Below are positions 25,448-38,533 of a stretch of 64,000 bases of DNA, in pieces; within the stretch, counting starts at the first letter, position 1, and every line of letters begins with the position of its first letter. The notes beneath the pieces were generated by a model, which was given only the letters and a program-made list of their open reading frames with translations, ran no database searches and had not been told where the DNA came from. The stretch comes from Kudoa neothunni (taxonomy: Eukaryota > Animalia > Cnidaria): assembly GCA_964304625.1 (NCBI GenBank), contig OZ199838.1:336148-400147 (forward strand), read 5' to 3'. A program made the position numbers and the translations under genes.

Positions 25448-27352
25448 CAATCGAACCAGGATATTGCGTAATTTTTTGGGAATGAAAAAAAATTACGCAA
25501 TATAGGGTCTTGGCGCAAGCGCATTATGTATAAGAACAAAACTTTATTTTGGTTTAAAATGACTGGTAATTTCAGTCTGTTTATGCCTTTTTTTGATTAT
25601 TTCAGATATGAAATCCATAACTGGATGCGTTGAAAATAAAGCTTTTGGGTTTTCTTTCATAAAAGCTTCTCTGATTAAATTGATCGCTTGTTTAAGTTCC
25701 GAAGTTGACACAAGCGTTTCATCTTTTACAAAATCCGGATCGACATTCTCTTTAAATTTATCAGATTCGTGCGTTTCAAGTAAATCTATCTTTTTCTCCT
25801 CTTCAATGTTGTTGATTTCGTCAAATTTTTTATCTAAAAAATAAGGTTGATGTACAATGTAAAAGTGTGACAAAATTTTCACCATCATTATCAGAAAAAT
25901 CTTGAGGTAAGATTTCACCATCTAATAATTTTTAATCCAGCGTGATAAAGGATGGAATTACAACGCTCGAAAAGTCTAGATTTTCTGAAACAATTTTGAA
26001 TAGTAATCGAAGATACGTTTTCCCATGTCTACTTCAAAGTTTTTATACAGTCCAAAACGGTATACTTAATTAAATTTGAATTGTTGTCTTCAGATAATTG
26101 ATAGGTTGTCAAAATTTTACGGTACTGGCATTTTAAACTGCGTATGACACCAAGGTCCATTGGTTGTAATACATTTATGGTGTTTTTAGGTAAAAATACC
26201 AGTTTAACATTTTTAAATTCATGAAGGTTTTGTGGATGCACAGGGCACTGATCCAATAATATTAGAACTTTCCTTTTTTCTTCTTGGAATTTTTTATCAT
26301 AGCATTTAAGGACATCGTAAAAAATTTCAGAAGACATCCTAGCATTTTTTGTGCATAACATTTCATAGGAAGTGGCTCTGATTTATTAAAACACCTGGGT
26401 TTTTGATACTTCCCTATTTATAATAAGTGGGAATTTTTCCCCTGTTCAGGACGCAGACACAAGAACAGTAACCTTTTTCTTGGATTGTTTCATTCCTTAT
26501 ACGTCGGATTCGTCATTTTAAGTATACGTGTGTAAGAGTAACTTTTCATAAAAAAAGACATTTCATCCGTATTTATTATGTTGCATTTTTTGTATCCTAG
26601 TGAGATTTCTGGAAATTTAACCAAAAAATCCCGTACAGTTTGATTATTCACACTGCTGGCTTCGCTGTGCAATTTTTTATAATGAATACAGTATCTATTT
26701 TTAAATCCCACGAACCAACCATTACTACAGGCAAATTCATCAAGCCCTAGAGATTTAGCGATAATTTTGGCCTTTTCAACAATTAAGTATGCAGAGACAA
26801 TCTTCTGATTTCGCATTTTAGTGATCCAAGCGTAGAGTAAATTGTCCAACTCCTTGTATTTGCCTTCTTTCATTCTTTTTCTTGAAGCTGAAACAGTAGA
26901 ATTAACAATATCATTTTGAGCAGCTAAAATCCTATCAAGTGTAGAGTGCCCTGCAAATATACTTTAATAGGGTTAGATAATTTTATATTATTAGATAGCT
27001 TGAAATGTTTAACAGTCATTGCTTTTGCTCCTTTAAGAGATTTAATTGAATTATAGTGTTCAATAATTTCAATTTTTTCAGCCACCGTTCGCCGGTTCCT
27101 TGCCAGTTTTGTTTCGCATAATTCGAAAAGAAGATTAAGGGAGATTAAACCAAACAAAATGTTACGCAGTAGAGAGATTTTAGTTTTAGCGCAATATCTT
27201 AAATTTTTACATCGTTAGCAACAACTTTTTATCTTAGCTTGTTTTGTTAGCATCTATTTAAATAGTATATACGCAATGTTTTATTAAACAATCCAAAATA
27301 CACGTTATATTTCAAAAAACTTGTGAAATTACGCAATATCCAGGTTCGACTG
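25448..27352 (-). mobile_element. Tigger/pogo (Tc1-mariner superfamily) transposon, decayed
   Basis: TIRs CA(A/G)TCGAACC(A/T)GGATATTGCGTAATTT with TA TSDs. CENP-B HTH motif (F-A-CSNGWF..FKNR) and DDE_1 motifs (NTDE, LLDQCPVH, LPKNT..LQPMDLGVI). Confidence 0.92.
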
Positions 27353-27482
27353 TATATGGATTTTTTATCATATCTAAAACCATTAATAGAACCCCTAGTA
27401 TGAGTTTATCAAGTCAAGTACGTTAAACTCCACAAAAAAGGAGTGTATTTGCACGAACACCCAAATAGAAACGCCAATCGTA

Positions 27483-27901
27483 GGCTAAAGTTTATTTTAG
27501 CACTAGTGCGCGTCGATATACGCGAAAAAAAGAATTTTAGTAAAATCACATTTTTAATTATTGAAGCTATAGATCAGTTTTATTTGATTAATGGTTTCTC
27601 TAAAAACTCTATTTTTGATTTTTTTTTGAAAATATATTCTGACAAATATGATTTTATCAGATTGGGTTCCTTGTTTCGATTAAGTAGCCCAATATGCATT
27701 AGAAAATCGATACAGTATTTTTGGTTGAAGGATAATAAATCAATAAAAGAAATATTGACTTAATCTAGATCTATTGATCCTACTTCGGGAAGAGTTATCG
27801 TTAAATCCATGCTACCACCAAAAAAACCGCTCTCAATATTGTCCTGAAATTAACCGATATTTATATCGACGCGCGCACTAGTGCTAAAGTAAATTTTAGC
27901 C
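27483..27901. mobile_element. MITE with ~38-bp TIRs and 8-bp TSD (possibly Merlin-related)
   Basis: GGCTAAAGTTTATTTTAGCACTAGTGCGCGTCGATAT is inverted at the right end; flanks caatcgta/ccatcgta. Confidence 0.75.
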
Positions 27902-28720
27902 CCATCGTATACATAACGATAGATGATATCGTTAACTAATTTAAATTTGACAAAGTATATAATGAGGAAAGTTAACTTCAGCCAACCATCAGCAGGTCAT
28001 AAGTAGCGTTAATCCTATTATCGAACTCAAGTAATCTGCTTAACAAACTTTGAATCGACAAAATCACCATTTTATAAAACACTTTTTGGAACATTTGGCA
28101 GTGTAAAAATGATTTAACGATTTTTTGAAATATTGCGATTTTTAACAAATTCCATAAATGTCTCTCTATAAGGAAAAAATGGTGATGGGGGAATGTGTGG
28201 CACCTAAAAATCACTATCTTACGCATGTTCCTTCTTTCTAATTTTTCACTATTGTTTATAATAAAATAAAATAATACCGAATACAAAGACTCAGCTCAAA
28301 ATAACAACTTCTAAATTCTAACAATTCTTAACCCGAACAATGTCGGATGCACGTGCAATCTCCATTCTGTGACAATAAACATTAATTTTCTCTTTCTGTC
28401 TCCGCTTATTAACTCGACTGTTACATATTATCAATAGTTAAATTTTCGTCTATTTTAATATAACAACTTTAAATTGATGAATATAAAAGCAGGCCTTTCG
28501 TATTTTCCACAAAAAACATCATATTTGCTATTACATAAATATGTTTTATTAACTACAAATGTGTATAAACAAGTTTACTATAGGTGTTTTTAGTTCATTG
28601 TTTTTTTGGACGATTTTATATTTACTTACAGAATGGTTATACATGCATTTTTATTAACATTTATTAACTGCAAAAATTATGTATGTTAATATCAACAATT
28701 CTAAATTTTCATCCTAATAA

Positions 28721-29896
28721 CTCTTTCATTCCCAGTGTCCCATTGGTGGGACAAACAATTTGTACATTATTTACGATTTCTATTTACCATTACCTACTCT
28801 AAATGTGAATAATTGATTTCTACTTGTCGATATTAATGTTATTTTTCCATCACTAATTAAATAATAAAATAATATTTATTATAATAAACATTTAAATCAT
28901 CGCCATCCATTAAGGCAATGTAACGAAAAGTGATTGATTAATATACCATGAATATAGAGTAATAAATATACGATAATTTTTTGTATAATATATAAATCAT
29001 AACTAAAATAAAAAATGATAAATTAATAATAAATCAAATAAACTTCACGTGAGTCACACAAGGGACAATGGGGTTTTGAGGAACGCCGAAGATTGGGATA
29101 ATGGATCATGACCTAGTTTTCAAATCTGATGATGAGTGGAAAGCCTTGGCTGAGTTCGTTGTTTTGCCCGATGCAGATATTTCGGAATCAGACATTATTT
29201 GTGACATCGAAGATGCGTCTTTTTTGGAAACTATTACTCATGGCGAAAATTATGACCAAACTCAAAATTCTGAGAGTTCTGATGATGATATCTGCCAGAA
29301 TACAATTTCCAAAAAGATTTTGTTCCACCAAATATAGAAAATGGATTAGAGATATCTACCACAAATTTTGATGAGTTAAAAGATTTGGTTATGCCGATAG
29401 ACTACTATAAATTCTTTTTTGGTAATGATCTCTTCGAAAATATTGTCGTAGAGACAAATTTATATGCCGTTCAGCAAAATTACAGTTTCAAAACCGATAT
29501 TGAAGAAATTCAAAAATACCTTGGTGTCTTGATTATCATGGGCATAGTTAAAATGCCCAGATATAGGTGATACTGGACAAAACTCTTGCGATATCCCATT
29601 GTTACTGAATGTTTTTCGAGAAATCGCTTGGGGCAATGTCGAAATATTTACACTTCGTAAATAATAATAACATTGTGACCTACCCAAACTCTCCCAAATA
29701 TCAAATATGACAAATTTTGCAAAAATTCTCCCTTTACTAAATTCGATCAGAGAAGCCTGCCCGAAAGTAGAATGTGAGAGGAATAATTCTATAGATGAGA
29801 AAATTATTCCTATTAGAGGAAAATGTAAGGCTAAGCAATACATTCCGAAAAAACCGACAAAATGAGGTTTCAAAATGTTTGCCAGAATGATTCGTT
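28721..29896 (+). mobile_element. 5' half of a third piggyBac (transposase pseudogene 29101-29890), truncated by a Helitron fragment
   Basis: Motifs IVVETNLYAVQ, EEIQKYLGVLIIMGIVKMP and SIDEKIIPIRGK...KQYIPKKPTK*GFK. Terminal palindrome TGTCCCATTGGTGGGACA. Confidence 0.85.
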
Positions 29897-32800
29897 GACA
29901 CAAACTCTATCATATGACCAAATTCCCTCTTATTTCATATGGAAAGATTACAAATGGATTAGACAAAAGAGAGGAATTCCTGTAGAGCAGTATTTTCCTA
30001 CAAATCTTACATCCGTACCCCCATCCTAATTTCCGCGTTCACTTCGTACCCCCTCCTCTACGTGAATATCAATATTCAATTGTTCTTTTCATTTAAATAC
30101 GAAAATAATAATACTAATAAAAAATGTCTCAAAATCATATTTGTATTATTTTAGTTTTTATTTTAACTCCAAATTTCCCCCTTTACTTCTAAACTAAATT
30201 AAAACCGAAATGTTTTGGTTAACTCAATTTGCTATGCATAATTGAAAAGGGACGAACATTATCTTTTCACTCCTCATGACTTAACATTCAATGATCGGAG
30301 CTATTATTCATTCTTGCTTATGTATACCATTTTTGTGTAAAGTAATAAATAAGTCAAATAAATTATGTTATTATAATTATTCCAAAATATTAGACGCAAG
30401 GAATAAATATAAACTTAATACTTAATTATAAAAGGTATAGTTGCTTAAATAAATTCTGTACTTAAAGGTGAAAATTAAATGAACCAAATAAAATTAGTCA
30501 ATTCATATAGTTCATAAGAAACATTATTTCAAAATCAATTGTTATTTAGTATTTATTTGATCTGGCAGTTCTCTTGCTCGAGCTCGGTTTTCATACGTAA
30601 TTAAAAGCAAGAGATTTTGTTGGAATATGAAACATGAAAATCGTTTTCGGGGTTTAATGAGTTCCGATATTTATTATTTGTGCATAATGAAGTCGATTAG
30701 CTTGTTTCATATATCATCTAGTACGGAAAAACCTAGCAAATTCCTCACTCTATATTGAGTCATATTTTAATTTAAACATAGAGACAGTGGGTTAAGAGAA
30801 TTCCGATAATTCTAAACAGACGATTCCTTAATGTACCTGAATAAAAATAACTAATTATTCTTTTAAAATTGTCAATCGTATATTTAAATGTATTAATAAA
30901 TGCTCGGATTTTTGTCGTACCAATATTTTTCATGAAAATTTAGCCAAAATTCATGTTAAACGTCAGGTACAAATTCGGGCATAAAACTTAAATTGTAACA
31001 TGTTAAATCATATACAATAAAATGATGGATCTAAAATTTGGACAGAAGACAAAGTTTAAACCACATTGTGGTTTTATTTTTATAGATAGGGATTATTCCT
31101 AAGTAGATAAAAATGCGGACAACCTAATTACAGCTTAAGCATATAAATATGTTATTTTGAAAGATAACAAAGTTACGATTTTACATGAAAATAGCGATAG
31201 TTAGATTTTGTAAGTTGAACAGGCTTAATATAAACTATTGCTCTACTGCGCTATTTCGTAGAATCAAGCAGAATAAATTATAAATTAAATACTTATCAAA
31301 TCCCATTATTGAATCAAAATTGATTGATATCAAAACAACCAGAAATATTATTGCACGCATTACGTCCTTACATGATTTAAACGGGGACTAACAAAAATTA
31401 CGACATGAATAAACTAAGATTAATTTTTAAATTTATTCTTGAATGACTCCCGCACCCTCAATGATGGCTCTTCACACCCCTAGGGGGTGCGGGAACCCCC
31501 TGTAGAGAAACACTTCTGTAGAGGGTCATGTCGATGTAAAATTTGATAATACGCTGGAAAGAGTTTACACTGTACATCCGAAGTATAGTGAATGTTTTTA
31601 CTTGAGGATGCTTTTACATGAAATTAGAGGACCGAAGTGTTTTCAAGATCTGCGAATATTTGATGGTCAGCTGCACTCAACGTATAGAGAGGCACGTATG
31701 AAACTTGGTATGCTTCAAGATGATAATCATTGGGAGAACACTTTAAACGAAACTGTTGTTACTAATACACCACACCAATTACGACGACTTTTCGCTTTAA
31801 GAACATGCGAATTAAGTTGTCCATACAATTTGTGGATGAAATTCAGAATTGATATGTGTGAAGATTATCAACATCAAATACAGTTACAAAATCCTGGCGA
31901 TCATGTGGAATGTAGTTCGATAGTTTTCAACATGGCACTTATCGATATCGAAAATGTAGTTATCGAAATGGGAGGTGAAACATTGGATAAATATGGGTTT
32001 CCACCAATCGATAGAACGTTTGATAATCATATCCAAAACGAAATTCAAAGAGAGTTTGGATATAACATTGTAAGTTTGAGAGAGTTTGTGTTAGTTAATA
32101 AACCAAAACTAATGAATGATCAGTTTTATTCATTTAACTCCAAGATGGATAGGGTTAACAATGGTAATGCACATGATCATATCTTCTTTATAGATGCTCC
32201 TAGTGGAATAGGGAAAACATTTATTATTAACCTGCTATTAGGAGAGCTGAGAAGTCGGTCGAAAATTGTTTTGGTTGTTGCTTCTTCAGGCATTGTCGCT
32301 ATTTTACTTCCAGATGGTAGAACAGCCCGCATCACATTCAAGTTGCCATTAATTTTAAATAATGATTCTACTGTTACATGTAAAATATCTAAAGGAACTG
32401 GACTCTCAGAATTGTTAAGATGTTGCAGCGCAATCATTGGGGATGAATGTACTATGGCGAGTAATGTAGCTCTAGGAGCATTGGATCCTACTTTAAGAGA
32501 CGTAACAGATAATAATAATTCGTTTGGAGGTATCACTGTTGTATTATCTGGTGATTTTCGTCAAACATTACCAGTTATATCAGAAGGAACCAGATGTGAT
32601 CAGGTCGATTAATGTTTAAAATCTTCATATTTTCGATCCAGAGAAAAAACATTAAAACTTTCCATCAATATGCGAGTTTATTTGAACAACGATCATCATG
32701 CAGGTGAATTTGCTGCTAATGTTTTGAAAGTTGGGGAGAAAAAATTTGTAAGCTATGCTAATAGAAACGTACCATTACACTTAATAGCCAACTTGGTTAA

Positions 32801-33378
32801 TAAACTGGATGAATTACGGTGTAAAGTATTCCCTGATATACATTTAAACGTTTCAAATATGGGTTGGTTACGTGGGTGAGGAATTTTGGCACCAACAAAC
32901 AATATTGTTAACACTATAAATAATCGGATGGTAAGACATACCATGAAAGGAGAGAGTTTACAAATCTTTTGATACCGTTGTAGATCCCTCGGAAACTGTA
33001 AATTATTCTGTGGAATTTTTGAAAAGTATTGAAATGTCAGGGCTACCATCTCATAACATTGCTTTAAAGGTGGGGGTACAAAGAATGTTAAAGAGGAATA
33101 TTGATTCATCAAAATTATGTAACGGTACGCGGCTGGCTGTGAAAAGAATGATGGCATACTTTATTGAAGCCCCAATTATGACCGGATGTAACAAAGGTGA
33201 GGATGTGTACATTCCACGAATTCCATCTAATAGTACTTTTAATTTCTGTCGACTTCGGTTGCCAATTAAACCCTGTTTTGCAATATCTCTAAATAAATCA
33301 CAGGGAAAAACCTTTAAAATAACTGATCTACCTATAGAGGACTCATGTTTTCCACATGACCAATTTTTTTACTTATAA
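29897..33378 (+). pseudogene. Helitron RepHel fragment (PIF1-family helicase part), interrupted by a hAT insertion
   Basis: RVYTVHP...ECFYLRMLLHEIRGP, Walker A DAPSGIGKT, IGDECTM, GDFRQTLPV, LCNGTRL and NKSQGKT. The reading frame continues across 29987/31524. Confidence 0.92.
29988..31515. mobile_element. Non-autonomous hAT (Buster-like) element nested in the Helitron ORF
   Basis: Perfect 8-bp TSD CTGTAGAG at 29980-29987 and 31516-31523. Imperfect TIRs CAGTATTTTCCTACA / TGTAGAGAAACACTT. Confidence 0.85.
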
Positions 33379-34601
33379 GATAACTTATCTGTAGTTCTAC
33401 TTGTAACAGTGGAGCACTACAGAATTTCATATTTATTTGTCAACGTATATTATAACGTTTTTAATTCATTAACACAATCTATGGAATGCAAAAAACAGAG
33501 CAAGTTTAAAATTTTTTTAGTTCGATGTTGTCACTCCGATATATCAAAATATTGACTGTAATCAGTAGAATTAATTCGCACAATCGATAGTTAAGTGTGA
33601 CTGAGATCTTTTAGCGAATATGTAGATTCCATTTCAAATACTATAACTTAAATAATTTACTTCCAGTTACATCATGTAAATTCCCAATGAATATATTTTG
33701 ACGAATATTAATATTTTTTGCTTCCATAAATACATTTTTTATCCTCATTATATGCTTTTTTAACCAACATGGGCCTTACATATGGGTTAAAAACATATTT
33801 ATTGTTTAAACAATGATTTTTTAGCAAAAATATAATGAGGTTACTTTAAATAGGCTAAACCTTTTGCCCAAATTGAGAATTAAATTTGAATATGATTTTC
33901 TCTAACAAAATCAATTATTTACATTTGCTCCAATTCGGTAGCTTTCAATTCTCAAAATAAAAATCGCCTAGAATAGCCTTAAATTCAATAAAAATATTCG
34001 CAATTACTTAAAACAACATGTCCTTCATGTTAGCTTCAATTCTAGGTATGGGAAGCTCCAGTATTTTATAGAAAAAAATTCTGAAAATCGACGACAAACA
34101 CGGTTTCAAATAATTATAATCCTCTCGGAGCCGAATTTTAATCAGCTTAAAATTTAGCGCGTATTTGTACGCCTTGAAAGTAACAATAAGATCGATTCTG
34201 TATTTTTTCATAAACTTTACATTTTCCTAAATGCGCTTAGATATTGAAACCAAACGTTGGAGCTATATATAAGAAAGCAAATTTTACCGGACATGTGTAC
34301 TTGTGGCCACACACATATCTTCGGCCCTCTTCGGAGCAACATCTTTATCCTTCCTTTATACAGTGGATGACGGCTAATTCGCACTTTTTTCATTGTCGCC
34401 AAAATAAATAAACCCGGAGGTTTTTATCATTATATATATATATGAGTAGAATAATTAATTATGACGATATACAACTTTAAAATGTTTTATCCTATTAAAT
34501 ATGAGAAAATGTTATGAGTTAAACCCATTGATGGATAATTCGCACTAATTTCCGTGGAACAGGGATGCAAAGCGCGCGCCGGAATCATTTAATACAGAAA
34601 T

Positions 34602-36313
34602 ATGGATGAACAAAGAAAGCATAAATGGATGACACTTACCGAAAAATATAATATTATTAAATATTTCGAAATTCAGCCTCCAAAAAATGCTAAAAGTCAC
34701 ACAGTGAAACACTTTGGTTTATTCTCTATTTCAACTTTGAATGGAATATTATTGAAAAAAGAGGAAATAAAGAGCTCCGTTGAGACCGGAGTAGTCAAGA
34801 AAAATCGTAAAACCTTGAAAAAGGGTTCAAATGATGAAATTGATCAACAAGTTTTTGAGTAGTTAATATGGATGAGGTCTAAAAAATTGGAAATTTCGTC
34901 GTTGGAAATTATTTCGAAACGAAATGAATTTGCAAAAAACATTAATAAAGAAGCGGAAGATATGAGCTATGGTTGGTTTCGTGGATTCAATGAAAGATTT
35001 AATTTCCGACGACTAAATTTTCATGGTGAGGCAAACATGGTAAACATGGAACCTGTCGATGATTGGAAACTTCAATTAAAAAATATATTGAAAAATTATA
35101 AAGCTGGACAAGTGTACAACATTGATGAAACAGCTTTATTCTATAAACAACATCCCAGTAAGATATATAAGCTATACAGTAACGACAAAAAGCGTCATTG
35201 ACTTGCTACATGTCGTTAAAAAAATAATTATATCAACATCTAATTTATGTCAATCATCAACAAATACCCATTGGAATTTTTTAAGAACTATTTTACAATA
35301 CGTTATATTCACGCGAACGTATTTATGGTAGCCTAATTTAGGAAGAAGTTATGTTCTATCTACTGAGGTAAATGCAAAATGCTCAAAGCGATAAAAAAAA
35401 GAGTTACGCTTTTATTGGGAGCATCATTATTAGGCGAAAAATTGGAACCATTAGTGATTGGTCATAATGAAAAACCAAGGTGTTTTAAAAATTTGAAAGA
35501 TAATCCAGTTTCTTACTTCTCCAATAAGAAAGCATGGATGACCTCAGAGATATTTAAGAAATATTTAGTTAAATTAAATTCTAACTTCAAAGAGCAGAAC
35601 AAAAAAATTGTGCTATTTCATGATAATGCGAGTTGCCATTCACCATTATAATTATCAAATATTGAATTATTATTTTTCCCTAAAAACACAACTAATGTTT
35701 TGAAACCTATGAATCAAGGGATTATTAATTCATTTAAAGCTGTTTATAGAAGATATCTAATAAATAGATCTACATTTTTAGTTGAGAATGATATTGAACT
35801 TAAGCCAATTGATTGATTAGAGGCGTTGGTACTTGTAAAAAAATCGTGGGAGGACGTAACGATCCAAACAATATCCAATTGTTTCAAGAAAGCTGGATTT
35901 AGATTCGATGGTAACGAAGACCCTTATTACTATTTTATACAAACTTAATAATTGTACATAGACGAACCTATAAACCATGAAGTTTTAGATGAAATCGACG
36001 ATCCAGAGATAATACAATGCCAAGATGAAGAAGAACTCGTTCAAGTCTGTGAATTTGAGGACAACCGTGGAAACGATAGCGTAACCATTGATATAAAGAA
36101 ATTGTCTGATTGTGAACCCGAAACATACAAAGAAAAGTCATATACCACGAAAGAAGCGCTGAAGTGCTTTGAATATTTAAAGGGATACTTCATTAAGAAT
36201 GGATCAAATATGTTGGATTATCTTATCTTCACAAACTAGAAGAAGAAATGTTTCTAATCTCAAAAAAAGGATTTAAGCAAACGAAAATAGCAAATTTTAT
36301 TTAAAAAAAGTAG
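34602..36313 (+). pseudogene. Tigger/pogo transposase pseudogene
   Basis: HTH-psq/CENP-B region (SYGWFRGFNERF), YNIDETALFYK, KRVTLLLGASLLGEKLEPLVIG, NKKAWMTSEIF and HDNASCH. Contains stops and frameshifts; TIRs not resolved. Confidence 0.9.
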
Positions 36314-36445
36314 GATAATAGATTTCTTATAAAATCGACCCCATCTTTTGCGCGTGCGCCAAATAAATGCGAATTAGCCAGCAGTGATGTTTAATTTGCA
36401 CTTTTTCTCTGGTCCCAAAGGGATTACGAATTAGTCGTCACCCAT

Positions 36446-37595
36446 TGTATATATAAAAGAGGACTTTCGGTATGTTTGTTTGTGTGTCAGTGTGTGTATG
36501 CCCCTAAGTACGCATGTGCGGATAATTTTTTCCTTATAGAGAGCCATATATAAAATTTTTATAAATTTTTGATATTTAAAGAAATCGTTTAATTGTTTTC
36601 GGAGTACTAAAATTTCCAAAAAGTATTTATGAAATACTGATTTTATCGATTTAAAGTTTGCTTTTCGGATTAAATGAGTTCAACTATTGGATTAGCACTT
36701 GCTTATTTCATGGTTATGGTCGGTTGAAGTTAACTATCTCCCTTATATGCTCCTTCATATGTTCATTAACTGCTTCTATCTATCTATCTTTATATATAAG
36801 GTTGGCGTTTCTATTTGGTTGTCTGTTTAAATATACTCCTTATTTGCGGAGTTTTAACGTATATGACTTGATAAGTATATCTTATAAGTTCTACTAATGG
36901 TTTTCAATGTGGGAAAAAATCTATATATGTTTCATAAATAACGAATTCGTGGAGAACGTTAAAGTTATGTTGATTGAAGCGTTATAATGGAAATACTGCG
37001 TTCATAGGCTTCATTAAATTGTCCGCTAAGTTTTACGTGATTAAGTTCAATACGGATGGTTGTACTTTTATTTCACCAAATTATTTAAATTGTTTATGAT
37101 AAAAGCGCATGTATGTTTATGCCGAGTTAAACAATGCTAATTTTAACAATATCGATTAATTTTCATAAGTTTTCTTCTATCTCTTTTATTTTTTCTATTT
37201 TTTTACCTCTTAAAAAGTTAGTGGTGCACCCAGTTACCGAGCCAGGCCAGAATTCGACTTTTAAAAATCCTCCGGTCCAAAAAATAACGTTTTAGATAAC
37301 ACTTTGACGGGATTTAAATAATTCGGAATGAAAAAAGTACAACGCTGACCTTAACTTGTTTAGCGTTGATGCCGAGCCACGAAATTTTTTAATGGGCGCA
37401 GTGATTGATACTTTCCTTCGCAGAAATTATCATAATTTAGATTGCATAATCCAAATCGTTATAGCAAGTTACTTAAAAATTTTTAGTTATTTTGTTTCTA
37501 TGGGTTAATTCGAGATTTCAATATATTTTTTGAATGCTATTAAAAATTCCTCTAGGCGAAATCTTCCCCAAGCAACGCTGGGCAGTTCCAGCTAA
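36446..37595 (+). mobile_element. Non-autonomous Helitron-like element
   Basis: 5' microsatellite-rich start shared with 14726-15112. 3' hairpin CCCAAGCAACGCTGGG followed by CTAA|T, shared with 24744. Confidence 0.65.
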
Positions 37596-38533
37596 TATAT
37601 AATATAGATATAGATGATCATAATTTATTTTGCTTGTCTATATCCATAACGCTCGAAAAGAGAAAATACACATAGAATAACTTGTTTATACTTTAACTTT
37701 TAAGGGAAATAAGACAACTCTTGTAAATGTGACGTTAATAGTTTTATTTGTCTCAAAATTGCTCCGAACAGGCATACATAAAGTTTTTAGAACATTCTAT
37801 ACCATAATTAAGAGACTCTTTTTCTATATAATGAGTAAAAGTTTATTTTATTTGACTATCAACCAGAAGTAAACAAATATCAATATTATTCAGGTTTTTT
37901 TAATCTGCCATTTGTGAAGACAACCAGAAAGTGGCTTACTTCGGACTGTGTTATTGACTATATTTATACTTTTAAGTAAATGATAGATTTTTATTAATAG
38001 TTTTATCTATTCAAATACAAACTTACAACTATATTTAAAGAAAGTTTCTCCGTGTCACATGCGTACTATTGCAAACTGACACACACACGGATAGACAAGA
38101 ACTTTATTATGTATGTAGATTTGTTTTGATATATTTTAATTTGTTTATAATGTTTTTTATGCAATTTACGAAATTGACCGTCGACGTTTCCGAAATAGGG
38201 AGTAAAACCCGGTATTATAATAAAGATAGATTTAAAAAAAAGTTATAAATGGTCAAAACACTCACAAAATTAAAATGTTGCCATTTGGCAACATTGAAAT
38301 TCAAAGGAGTAATATATTAAACTTTTTTTAATGAATAAGAATTAAAAAGTGATACGCATAATAAATGTTGTTAAGAGTTTATATTTTTAGAAAAAAATAA
38401 ATCTAAGTTCAATATGAAAAGATATTAATAGTTATCTATTACAATTATTATAATTAAAATAATGAAAAATTTATTAACTAAATTTTATAATAATATTGGT
38501 AACTAATGTAATGGATGATGAATATATCAGTTT

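Larger units (their letters stand above)
24744..28260 (-). mobile_element. Non-autonomous Helitron-like element carrying a nested Tigger and a MITE; truncates the upstream region of paralog 2
   Basis: 24744-25440 is an inverted homolog of ~36960-37595, including the 3' hairpin CCCAAGCAACG(T/C)TGGG plus CTAA. 28040-28180 matches the 5' part of the same family. Confidence 0.6.

Noticed and set aside
31602-33378. Host PIF1 helicase gene
   Set aside because: The upstream Helitron-specific motif (RVYTVHP..ECFYLR.LL), multiple stops and TE context indicate a Helitron remnant.
33400-34500. Short ORFs 34008-34211 and 34217-34402 and surrounding sequence
   Set aside because: No recognisable motifs or termini; probably decayed repeat DNA that I cannot classify.
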